Below are positions 18,798 to 27,348 of a stretch of 64,000 nucleotides of DNA, one piece after another. How positions within the stretch are numbered: the stretch's first letter is position 1; each line of letters opens with the position of its first letter. The stretch comes from an uncultured Spirochaetaceae bacterium (GTDB lineage: Bacteria; Spirochaetota; Spirochaetia; Treponematales; Treponemataceae). A program made the position numbers and the translations under genes. Where the stretch lies: positions 4,347 through 68,346 of the forward strand of contig CACYWZ010000005.1 in assembly GCA_902778325.1 (NCBI GenBank), given 5' to 3'. A model generated the notes under the pieces. The model saw nothing but the letters and a program-made list of their open reading frames with translations, did no database searches and was not told where the DNA came from.

Positions 18798-20069
18798 GCG
18801 TAATTCAAAGTTTTTACTTCGTGTATATCCTGTAAGTCTTTTATTCAAAGAAACTGTTTCCATTAAACCTACAGAAACTAAACCTTCCAAATCTGAACGG
18901 ATTGTTTTTACAGAAACATTGAATCTTGTTTCTAAATCTTTACTTGTAAACATTGAAGCAGGTTTTTCTGCACAAATCTTTATTATCTGAATCTGGCGTT
19001 CATTTAAGCCTGGAATTCTATATTCCAATATAGCGGCATTTTCTTGAGTTTTTCGTTCAAGATAGATTTTTAATTCCTTAAACGCCTCACTAAAAACCTT
19101 AAGGTTATAATTTACAAAATACCCCAAATCAAAATCATCATGTTCGGTATACAAAAAGGCTTTTTCATATTGCCCCTTTGATTTGTAAATAATACGTGAA
19201 ATAGAAAGATATTCCGTAAGCCAATAACCCTTTTTGAGCATATACCAGTAAAAAAGCGAACGGGCTGTTCTTCCATTACCATCTACAAAAGGATGTAAAT
19301 AAGAAATCATAAAATGAAGGATAATAGCTTTTATAATTGGATGTATAAAAGTCTTATCTTCATTTATAAATATACAAAGTTGAATAATAGAATCTTCTAT
19401 TTGCTTATAAGAAGGTGGATCATGGGCAACTTCACCAGTAATACCATTTACAACAAATATGTTATCGTCTGTTCTGAATCGACCTTCATCTTCCGGATTA
19501 TCTAATGTATTTTCCGTTATCTGTTTGTGAATATTAAGAAGTAATTCAGGTGTCAAACCTTGGTCTTTATGCGCAGAAAGATATCTGATTGTGTTGTAAT
19601 TATTCAGAATCATCTGCTGACTTTTATCTTTTGGTTTTGCCTGCTTGCGCAGCATTTCTTTTGCAACCTTTCTTGTTGTAGAAGCTCCTTCCATCTGACT
19701 GGAAGCAATTGCTTCTTCCATAATAGAACTTAAAAGATAATATTGTTTATTTTTATCAGGTATTATCGAAGATGAAGCTAAAACACCTCCAAAATTCATA
19801 TCTATATTATGAAGGATTTCCTGCATTTTGTTAGTTTCAAAAAATGAAAGTTCACATGTATAAAAAGAATATAATTTGTAATTTGTCCGACGTAAATACT
19901 TTACAGCAGCCCAAAAATCCTCTGGAGCAATTCCTTTAGGAGTGTGATATTTTACTTTATCCCAATAATAATATTCATCATTTATTTTTGAGATAATAGA
20001 TGCATAATCCCTGCCCAAGAGAATTTCTTTATAAGGAATTTCAGGTGTTTTCGGGCATTCTTCAATCAT
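18774..20069 (-). CDS. Fic-family protein with C-terminal HTH
   Basis: Canonical HPFVDGNGRTAR motif; ATG 6 nt after an extended -10 (TGtTATCAT). Confidence 0.9.
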   Translation of the reverse strand: MIEECPKTPEIPYKEILLGRDYASIISKINDEYYYWDKVKYHTPKGIAPEDFWAAVKYLRRTNYKLYSFYTCELSFFETNKMQEILHNIDMNFGGVLASSSIIPDKNKQYYLLSSIMEEAIASSQMEGASTTRKVAKEMLRKQAKPKDKSQQMILNNYNTIRYLSAHKDQGLTPELLLNIHKQITENTLDNPEDEGRFRTDDNIFVVNGITGEVAHDPPSYKQIEDSIIQLCIFINEDKTFIHPIIKAIILHFMISYLHPFVDGNGRTARSLFYWYMLKKGYWLTEYLSISRIIYKSKGQYEKAFLYTEHDDFDLGYFVNYNLKVFSEAFKELKIYLERKTQENAAILEYRIPGLNERQIQIIKICAEKPASMFTSKDLETRFNVSVKTIRSDLEGLVSVGLMETVSLNKRLTGYTRSKNFELRLEEIKGN

Positions 20070-20110
20070 ATACAAATGATAACATGGGATATATTTTAAA
20101 GCAATAAAAA

Positions 20111-20150
20111 TAAGGGAAATTTCCCTCTAATTTCCCTTATTTTCCCTTAT
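20111..20150. repeat. 40-bp imperfect direct repeat upstream of Fic (partner at 18758-18797)
   Basis: TAAGGGAAATTTCCCTCTAATTTCCCTTATTTTCCCTTAT; contains the perfect palindrome GGGAAATTTCCC. Confidence 0.8.
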
Positions 20151-20151
20151 A

Positions 20152-20685
20152 TCACATCTCCCCTTCGAACGCTTTTTTCAAGAACGACTGCTTCAACTCG
20201 TCGCAGTCTGCGATTTGCTTCGTATATATCGCTTCAAGCTGGCGGACTTTTTCGCTGAGGGTGTCGAGTTCTTCTACTATGCGTTTTTGCTCGGGGAGAG
20301 GGGGAACGGGGATTTCTAATTCTTTTAATAAACGGTAATGACGTGCATATCCCAAACTTTTTATATTGGCATTTTTAAGAAAGTACATAAAATATTTGGC
20401 ATTAAGAAAGTCTTTAGGTTGTAAAATCTTTACGCCGTCTGCACCTAATACAAAATCAAAATCTATAAACTTTACAACTCTTGTATGGTCGCCAAAGATG
20501 ACTACAGGTTTTTCAACTTTAAAAAGGTCGTCTTCATTATCCCAAAATCCAGAAATTAACTCTTCTTCTTGGGATATAATTGGAAATCTTCCTGAATCTT
20601 TGTAATCCTTACTTGGAATTTTTCTCGTATACTTAACAGTTTCTATACAATCTTCAAAATGTTTTATTTCCCAATCTTTTTTCAT
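20152..20685 (-). CDS. hsdS: Half-size type I specificity subunit (one TRD plus one conserved helix)
   Basis: 177 aa; TRD followed by IPVPPLPEQKRIV...LKQSFLKKAFEGE; TAATG overlap with hsdM. Confidence 0.85.
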   Translation of the reverse strand: MKKDWEIKHFEDCIETVKYTRKIPSKDYKDSGRFPIISQEEELISGFWDNEDDLFKVEKPVVIFGDHTRVVKFIDFDFVLGADGVKILQPKDFLNAKYFMYFLKNANIKSLGYARHYRLLKELEIPVPPLPEQKRIVEELDTLSEKVRQLEAIYTKQIADCDELKQSFLKKAFEGEM

Positions 20686-22130
20686 TAGAGTAAATCCTTC
20701 AAAACTGCTTCGGCTTGTCTGTTCAGCTCTTGCATTTCTTTGATAATCTCAGAAGGTTCGCGCAGCTTCTTTTCTTCCTTCTTGTTCGGGTTCTTGACGC
20801 TAAGGTCGAGTGTGTCAGCGTTCAAATCTTTTGCGCCAACGCTCCAGCTGTTCTCGCTGGCGCTGAAGGTTTTTTGAAGAGCGACAAAATCAGCCAAATC
20901 CTCTTCGCTCAGCGGGTTTGTTTTTCCGAGATTGCGCGAAAGGTTGAGCTGATAATACCAGATTTTTTCTGTTGGTCTTCCCTTTTCAAAAAACAAAACG
21001 ACAGTTTTCACGCCCGCACCTGTGAAAACACCTCCGGGCAAATCAAGGATTGTGTGAAGGTTGCAGTTTTCCAGAAGCTCTTTGCGAAGCGCTATGCTTG
21101 CGTTGTCCGTGTTGCTCAAAAATGTGTTTTTTATGACGATGCCAGCCTTTCCGCCTGCTTTGAGCATTTTTATAAAATGCTCCATAAAAAGATATGCGGT
21201 CTCGCCTGTTTTTATCGGGAAGTTCTGCTGGATTTCGCTTCTTTCTTTTCCGCCAAAAGGAGGATTTGCCAGAATTATGTTTTTTCGCTCTCGTTCTTGG
21301 ATTTGGCTCAAATCTTGAGCAAGTGTGTTGGCGTGAATTATGTTCGGAGCTTCAACACCATGGAAAATCATATTCATAATGCCGATTATGTAAGCCAGAC
21401 CCTTCTTTTCTTTTCCGTAGAAGGTAGATTTTTGAAGAATTTTTTTCTGCTCGACAGTATTTGCTTTCTCATCAAGATAATTGAACGCCTCGCACAAAAA
21501 TCCAGCACTTCCACAAGCGCCGTCATAAATTGTATCTCCGATTTTTGGCGCAACCACTTTCACGATTGTGCGGATGAGCGGACGAGGCGTGTAATATTCT
21601 CCGCCGTTGCGACCAGCGTTTCCCATTTTGTGAATCTTGCTCTCGTAGAGATGACTCATTTCGTGCTTGTCGCGGCTAGCCTGAAAATGCAGTCCGTCTG
21701 CGTAGTTGAGGATTTCCCGCATATTGTAGCCCGAAACTATTTTGTTTTTCAGTTCGCTGAAAATCTCGCCTATCTTGTATTCAAGCGTATCCGGCGTTGC
21801 TGCGTTCTTTTTGAAATCCTTGAGATACGGAAAAAGCTTTGTGTTCACAAAATCTGCAAGGTCATCGCCAGTGAGAGCGTTTTTGTGGTCTATTTCACCG
21901 TCTGGAAGTTTTGGACACGCCCAAGAATTCCACCTGAACTCTTCCTTTATAATCCGCTTGTATTCTTTTCCTTGAAGTTCCATTTCCTCACTTCGCTCGT
22001 CCTCAAGGTCATCAAGATATTTCAAAAAAAGAATCCAGCTTGTCTGCTCCACATAATCCAATTCATTTGAACAGCCTGCTTCCTTCCAAAGAATGTCGTC
22101 TATATTTTTGAAGATTTGCTCAAAGCTCAT
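20685..22130 (-). CDS. hsdM: Type I N6-adenine methyltransferase HsdM
   Basis: GEYYTPR, DGACGSAGF and NPPF motifs; intact 481 aa; SD aggag. Confidence 0.93.
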   Translation of the reverse strand: MSFEQIFKNIDDILWKEAGCSNELDYVEQTSWILFLKYLDDLEDERSEEMELQGKEYKRIIKEEFRWNSWACPKLPDGEIDHKNALTGDDLADFVNTKLFPYLKDFKKNAATPDTLEYKIGEIFSELKNKIVSGYNMREILNYADGLHFQASRDKHEMSHLYESKIHKMGNAGRNGGEYYTPRPLIRTIVKVVAPKIGDTIYDGACGSAGFLCEAFNYLDEKANTVEQKKILQKSTFYGKEKKGLAYIIGIMNMIFHGVEAPNIIHANTLAQDLSQIQERERKNIILANPPFGGKERSEIQQNFPIKTGETAYLFMEHFIKMLKAGGKAGIVIKNTFLSNTDNASIALRKELLENCNLHTILDLPGGVFTGAGVKTVVLFFEKGRPTEKIWYYQLNLSRNLGKTNPLSEEDLADFVALQKTFSASENSWSVGAKDLNADTLDLSVKNPNKKEEKKLREPSEIIKEMQELNRQAEAVLKDLL

Positions 22131-22200
22131 CAGTTTTCTCCTCGTAAGTTTTCAGAAGTTTATCCTACCCTATTTTTCACAATTTTTACACCCATTTTCT

Positions 22201-22322
22201 TTATAAACGCCGTCGGGGAGTCGGAATGTGCTTTGTAAAGTCTTATAAACGTCGTCGGCAACTCGGAACGGGCTTTGTAATGTCTTATAAACGCCGTCAG
22301 TGACTCGGAACGGGCTTTATAA
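22201..22322. repeat. Second array of the same 42-bp repeat (about 3 copies; terminal unit again at 22497-22530)
   Basis: Units at 22214, 22256 and 22298 match the 17369 array in the same orientation. Confidence 0.93.
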
Positions 22323-22458
22323 TGTCATTCTGAGCGGAAAACGGCGCAAGACGGTTGGAGTCGAAGAATCTGATTTCTCTTTTTCACAAGCGCCTTTTGT
22401 TTTGTGTGGGTAGATTCTTCGACTTCGTTCACTTTCGTTCACTTCGCTCAGAATGACA
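22323..22458. repeat. Composite palindromic REP-like element (TGTCA...TGACA)
   Basis: TGTCATTCTGAGCG/CGCTCAGAATGACA outer stem and GTCGAAGAATCT/AGATTCTTCGAC inner stem; sister copy at 62121. Confidence 0.88.
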
Positions 22459-22599
22459 CACTCCCCCTCTTTTTTTTCTCCTTCAAAAAATTTGGTAAAT
22501 GCCGTCGGGAAGTCGGAATGGGGTTTACAGCAAAAAAAATTGTTAACTCGGTTTTCGCGTGCTATAATCATAAGCAAAATACTCTGGAGGCTTTTTAAG

Positions 22600-24759
22600 T
22601 TGAACAAATACAAATACAGCGATACTGAGTTTGATTTGATGGAAAAAAGCTGTATTCCTTTTGCTATATACCAGTTCATCGATAAGAGAGTTGTAACGAT
22701 TGTTCTTTCCGACGGCTTTAGAGAACTTTTCAATTTGACTGACAAAAAAGAAGCATATGAGTTGATGGACAACAATATGTATCGCGATTGTCACCCTGAC
22801 GATGCGGCGCGCATTGCAGACCTCGCTGTTCAGTTTGCGACGAAGGGCGGAGATTATGACGCGGTTTACAGAAGCAAAATCAACGGAAAATACAGGATTA
22901 TTCACGCATGCGCAAAGCACATCTACAGGGAAGGTGTGAGGCTCGCAGTTGTCTGGTATTTTGACGAGGGGGAATACAATGACGAGCGCGGAACTGATTT
23001 TGCGAGCGAGCTGAGAAAGTCTTACAGCACTGTTTTGTATGAGAGTTCGCTTTATCGAAAGATGCAATACGATTATCTTACGGGTCTTCCTACGATGTCG
23101 TATTTTTTTGAGCTTGCAGAAGCTGGTCGCGACCGTATGCTTTCAAAGGGCGAAATTCCTGTGATGCTTTTCTTCGACCTCAACGGTATGAAGTATTTTA
23201 ACTTGAAATATGGGTTTGCTGAGGGCGATTATCTTATTCGCGACACTGCCCAGCTTCTTGTGAAGTATTTTACTAATGAAAATTGCAGCCGATTCGGGCA
23301 AGACCATTTTTGTGTGTTCACAAAAAAGGAAGGGCTTGAGAAGCGTCTGGGCGAAATCTTTGAGCAAGCCAAGCACATCAACAATGGGCGCACTCTTCCG
23401 CTCAGGGTCGGCATTTATTCAAGCGAAAAGGGTTTAAGCACAATCAGCACTGTCTGCGACAGGGCAAAGATGGCGTGTGACCAAAATCGCAATTCGTATA
23501 TTTCGCATTTCACATATTTTGACGACTCGATGATGAAGAAAAGCGAGAGGCGGCAATACATTATCGACAATCTTGACAAGGCGCTTTCTGAGGGCTGGAT
23601 TAAGGTTTATTATCAGCCGATTGTGCGCGCTTCAACAGGGCGTGTTTGCGATGAGGAAGCGCTTTCTCGCTGGGTTGACGACGAAAAAGGCTTTTTATCT
23701 CCTGCGGATTTTATCCCGATTCTTGAAGATTCAAATCTTATTTACAAGCTCGATTTGTATGTTACAGATCGCATTCTTGAAAAGATGAAAGCGCAAGCTG
23801 CGGCTGGTCTTTATGTTGTTCCAATCAGCGTGAACCTTTCGAGAAGCGATTTTGACACTTGCGATATTGTCAGCGAAATCCAGCAGCGTGTTGATGCGGC
23901 GGGAATCGCGCGCGACAAACTCACGATTGAGATTACAGAAAGCGTTATCGGAAGCGACACGGATTATATGCGGGCGCAAGTCGAAAGATTCCAATCTCTT
24001 GGCTTTAAGGTCTGGATGGACGATTTTGGCTCTGGTTACTCTTCGCTGGACGTTCTTCAAAGTTTCCATTTCAACCTCATCAAGTTGGATATGAAGTTTA
24101 TGCAACAGTTTTATGAGGGCGAAAAGAGCAAGATTATTCTCACAGAACTTATAAAGATGGCGCTTAGTTTGGGAATCGAAACTGTCGCCGAAGGTGTTGA
24201 AACGGAAGAGCAAGTCGAGTTTCTCAAGGAAATTGGCTGCACAAAGTTGCAAGGCTTTTATTATTGTCGCCCAATTCCGCTTGAGCAGATTATCGAGCGA
24301 TACGAGAAGGGCATTCAAATCGGATTTGAAAACCCTGCGGAAACTGATTATTATGCGTCGCTCGGAAAGATAAATCTTTATGATTTGTCGGTCATCAATA
24401 ACGATGGCGGCGAGGTGGTCGGTAATTATTTCAACACGCTTCCGATGGTAATCTTTGAGTCAAACGGCGAAGAGCTTTCTGTTATTCGCGGAAACAAGTC
24501 GTATCGCGATTTTATTCGCAAATTTTTCAGGAACTTGCAAAAAGAAAAGAAAGCGCGAATGAGAAAAGACGGTGCGGGAGGGCTTTTTGTGAAAACAATT
24601 TCGCAATGCAGCGGCGAAAACAAAACCGCAATCTTTGATGAAGAACTTATTGACGGAACGAAATTCCATATTTACATTCGCAGAATTGCTGAAAATACGA
24701 TATCCCAGACGCTCGCGTTTGTTATGGTAATTCTGGATATTACGGAAAAAGGCAGGTAG
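22600..24759 (+). CDS. c-di-GMP phosphodiesterase (PAS-like + degenerate GGDEF + EAL)
   Basis: EEALSRW, DDFGSGYSSL and EGVET motifs; GGDEF replaced by GQDHF; TTG start after SD ggagg. Confidence 0.88.
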   Translation: MNKYKYSDTEFDLMEKSCIPFAIYQFIDKRVVTIVLSDGFRELFNLTDKKEAYELMDNNMYRDCHPDDAARIADLAVQFATKGGDYDAVYRSKINGKYRIIHACAKHIYREGVRLAVVWYFDEGEYNDERGTDFASELRKSYSTVLYESSLYRKMQYDYLTGLPTMSYFFELAEAGRDRMLSKGEIPVMLFFDLNGMKYFNLKYGFAEGDYLIRDTAQLLVKYFTNENCSRFGQDHFCVFTKKEGLEKRLGEIFEQAKHINNGRTLPLRVGIYSSEKGLSTISTVCDRAKMACDQNRNSYISHFTYFDDSMMKKSERRQYIIDNLDKALSEGWIKVYYQPIVRASTGRVCDEEALSRWVDDEKGFLSPADFIPILEDSNLIYKLDLYVTDRILEKMKAQAAAGLYVVPISVNLSRSDFDTCDIVSEIQQRVDAAGIARDKLTIEITESVIGSDTDYMRAQVERFQSLGFKVWMDDFGSGYSSLDVLQSFHFNLIKLDMKFMQQFYEGEKSKIILTELIKMALSLGIETVAEGVETEEQVEFLKEIGCTKLQGFYYCRPIPLEQIIERYEKGIQIGFENPAETDYYASLGKINLYDLSVINNDGGEVVGNYFNTLPMVIFESNGEELSVIRGNKSYRDFIRKFFRNLQKEKKARMRKDGAGGLFVKTISQCSGENKTAIFDEELIDGTKFHIYIRRIAENTISQTLAFVMVILDITEKGR

Positions 24760-24762
24760 TCT

Positions 24763-26193
24763 ATGGACTTGCAAAGACTTGTTGATTCGATTGACGCAAT
24801 GACTTGCGTTATCTCTGTTGAGAAAAAAGAAAACGGAGAGGCTGGCGAAATCCGCATTGTTACGGGAAACGCGGCTTATATCGCTTCTACCGAGCGACCA
24901 ATCGGAAATAACGAAGAGATATTCAGCAAGAAGTTCACAAAGAACCAGCTTTACACGGAATATCTTGAACGCGATTTGAACTTTGAGATGGTGCTTTATG
25001 AATCAGCGATTAACAAAAAGTGCCTTCATTCCTATGTGAAGCCAGAGCGTTTTCCTGTTTGGATGAACTTGACATTTTTGCCTGTCGCTTATGAGGCAGA
25101 CGAAAACGGAAAGCATCTTTGCTACTGTCTTTATGTTATGGAAATGGACGAGAAGCCCGACAGCAAGCGAATGTCCAATATTTCTGGCGATATTGCCTCT
25201 GCGGTTCTTGAAACGTGCATAAAGCTCTCAAGCGCGCGCGACATTCGCGACACGGCAAGCGAAGTCATCGAAGATATTCGAAATCTGTGCAAAGCGGACA
25301 ACTGCTGCATTATGACGATAGACAACATCGAGAAAAAATGTGAGCTTTTCTGCGAATCGACAAGAGAAGGCTCTGGCTTGCGCCCATTGACATATTATCT
25401 CAAGAACTTCGATTTTTACGGCATCGCGACAACATGGGAAGCCACAATCGCGGGAAGCAACTGCGTTATCGCGAAAAATGAGGCTGAGATGCAGGTCATA
25501 AAAGAGCGGAATCCCCTTTGGTACGAGTCGCTGATGGGCGCAAACGTGAAGACAATCACGCTTTTTCCGCTGAAGAGCCACGAACAGCTTTTGGGCTACA
25601 TTTGGGCAATCAACTTCAAAGCCGAAGACGCAATAATGATAAAAGAAACGCTTGAACTCACGACATTCGTTTTGGGCGCGGAGCTTGGAAATCATCTCTT
25701 GCTCGATAGATTAAAGATTTTGAGTTCAAAAGATATGCTCACAGGCGTAATGAACAGAAACGAGATGAACAACGTTGTTGAGCGCTTTGCAAACGAGGGC
25801 AACACAAAAAAAAGCGTCGGCGTTATCTTTGCGGATTTGAACGGACTGAAGACAGTGAACGATGAGAAAGGACACACAGCAGGCGATAATATTTTGAAAA
25901 GCGCAGCTTCCGTGCTTCTTGAAGTTTTTTCAGCAAGCGAAATCTTCCGTGCAGGCGGAGATGAGTTCACGATTATTGTCGAAAGCGCGTCCGATGAGGA
26001 CATAAAGCGCAATATCGAAAAAATCAGAGCGGCTTCGGACAAATTCGGCGTGTCGTTTGCGCTCGGAGGCTGCGTCGCAGAAAACAGCCGCGATATAAGA
26101 ATGGCGCTCCGAAAAGCAGATGAGGCGATGTATGCCGACAAGCGTCTTTTTTATGAAACGCATGGGCAAACATCAAGGCGCTATCCTCGCTAA
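24763..26193 (+). CDS. Diguanylate cyclase (PAS-like/GAF + GGDEF)
   Basis: DMLTGVMNR, DLNGLKTVND and RAGGDEF motifs. Confidence 0.9.
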   Translation: MDLQRLVDSIDAMTCVISVEKKENGEAGEIRIVTGNAAYIASTERPIGNNEEIFSKKFTKNQLYTEYLERDLNFEMVLYESAINKKCLHSYVKPERFPVWMNLTFLPVAYEADENGKHLCYCLYVMEMDEKPDSKRMSNISGDIASAVLETCIKLSSARDIRDTASEVIEDIRNLCKADNCCIMTIDNIEKKCELFCESTREGSGLRPLTYYLKNFDFYGIATTWEATIAGSNCVIAKNEAEMQVIKERNPLWYESLMGANVKTITLFPLKSHEQLLGYIWAINFKAEDAIMIKETLELTTFVLGAELGNHLLLDRLKILSSKDMLTGVMNRNEMNNVVERFANEGNTKKSVGVIFADLNGLKTVNDEKGHTAGDNILKSAASVLLEVFSASEIFRAGGDEFTIIVESASDEDIKRNIEKIRAASDKFGVSFALGGCVAENSRDIRMALRKADEAMYADKRLFYETHGQTSRRYPR

Positions 26194-26975
26194 AACGATT
26201 CTCTTGTCAGCGGCGAGCCAATGAAGACGCCCTCGCTTCCGAGGTAGTCGCATTTTTCGCCGTTTATCAGAATCTGAACGCTGCTCACCGTCGGGAACGC
26301 TGTCGCCGTGTAAACGATTTGCTTGAGCTGATAGAGCGTTCCCTGAAAGCCAAAATTGTTATATTCAAACGATTCGTTAAAGTCCAAAAGCGCAACACCG
26401 TCCGAAACCGTCGCGCCAAGAAGCTCAGAGCCTTCCGGGACGAGCGACATCAGCCCGCGATTTGATTCTTCTTCATTAACGCCCTTTATCACGGCGTTTA
26501 TCGCAGACATCATCGGAGAATCTGATTTTTCAATCTTTCTTGTTGAAAGCACAATCGAGCCGTTTCCGTCATCATCGAGGCGCACAAAAAAAAGAGAGGC
26601 ATCAACGCTGTTTTCCGCTGTCAGCTCAATGCTTTCGCTCTCGGCGACTGGCTCTTCTTGAGCGCTGTCGTCTTGGGCAATTTCGCTTTCAGGAGAAAAT
26701 GCCTCAAAATTGTTTTCAAAGCCCAGCTCATCGTCTTTCGTTGTCGCAATGACAGGCGCGCTTGTTTCGCCTTCGAGCAGCGTCGGATTTTTGTCGAAAA
26801 GCCGCTCTTTTACTCTGGCTTCTTCCAGATTCTGCTTTACAATGTCCTTTTTTGCCAAGAACAAAGCAATCAAAAGCATCATCGACAAAAGCCACAACAA
26901 AAACGCAACAACCGTTCTGCGCTTCTTCAAAAATGAAAGTCTCGCCTTTTTTTCTTCAGAATCCAGTATTTCCAT
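26190..26975 (-). CDS. GerMN-domain membrane protein
   Basis: N-terminal TM segment; LVPEGSELLG...LLDFNESF...QIVYTATAFPTVSSVQILING pattern. Confidence 0.82.
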   Translation of the reverse strand: MEILDSEEKKARLSFLKKRRTVVAFLLWLLSMMLLIALFLAKKDIVKQNLEEARVKERLFDKNPTLLEGETSAPVIATTKDDELGFENNFEAFSPESEIAQDDSAQEEPVAESESIELTAENSVDASLFFVRLDDDGNGSIVLSTRKIEKSDSPMMSAINAVIKGVNEEESNRGLMSLVPEGSELLGATVSDGVALLDFNESFEYNNFGFQGTLYQLKQIVYTATAFPTVSSVQILINGEKCDYLGSEGVFIGSPLTRESF

Positions 26976-27053
26976 ATCGCGATTATACGCTATATCTTTT
27001 TTTTTGGGAATTAGCGATTTTCTTGAGGAACGACTGCATTGACGTTTCGAGCC

Positions 27054-27290
27054 AGAAATTGCTTACTTCACTTTGAAGAAGTCAATTTCTAATCCGAAAT
27101 TGATTGGCGCAACACTGCGGGAGTCAATTTTTGATTAGAAATTGCTTTCTTCACTTTGAAGAAGCCAATTTTTGCTTAGAAATTGATTGGCGCAACGCTG
27201 CGGGAGTCAATTTTTGATTAGAAATTGCTTTCTTCACTTTGAAGAAGACAGTTTTTGCTCCGAAATTGATTGGCGCAGTTTTTGAGCGCT
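27054..27290. repeat. 83-bp tandem repeat made of alternating 41- and 42-bp palindromic subunits
   Basis: Units at 27054, 27137 and 27220; shared AGAAATTG...CAATTTTTG flanks around two alternating hairpin cores. Confidence 0.92.
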
Positions 27291-27312
27291 AAAAACGCAA
27301 AATTGTTCGCCC

Positions 27313-27341
27313 TTGCACGCACGCGCGGCGTCTGTTATAAT
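27313..27341 (+). promoter_or_regulatory. sigma70 promoter directly abutting the pfkA start (leaderless)
   Basis: TTGCAC-N17-TATAAT with extended TG; ATG 7 nt downstream; no SD. Confidence 0.7.
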
Positions 27342-27348
27342 CAAAAGT

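Noticed and set aside
20715-22070. 451-aa + strand ORF antisense to hsdM (also 32019-33689, 39785-40858 and 58054-59010 opposite nrdD, pntB and the UPF0210 gene)
   Set aside because: Shadow frames of well-supported genes; no motifs or SD; expected from codon bias.
22317-22599. ORF 22317-22775 and the long N-terminal extension of the EAL gene from 22453
   Set aside because: Both run through the palindromic element and repeat; an SD-backed TTG at 22600 is a better start.
27054-27290. CRISPR array (also considered for the 17369, 47566, 52483 and 61063 arrays)
   Set aside because: The 'spacers' are repeated rather than unique, and no cas gene is present.
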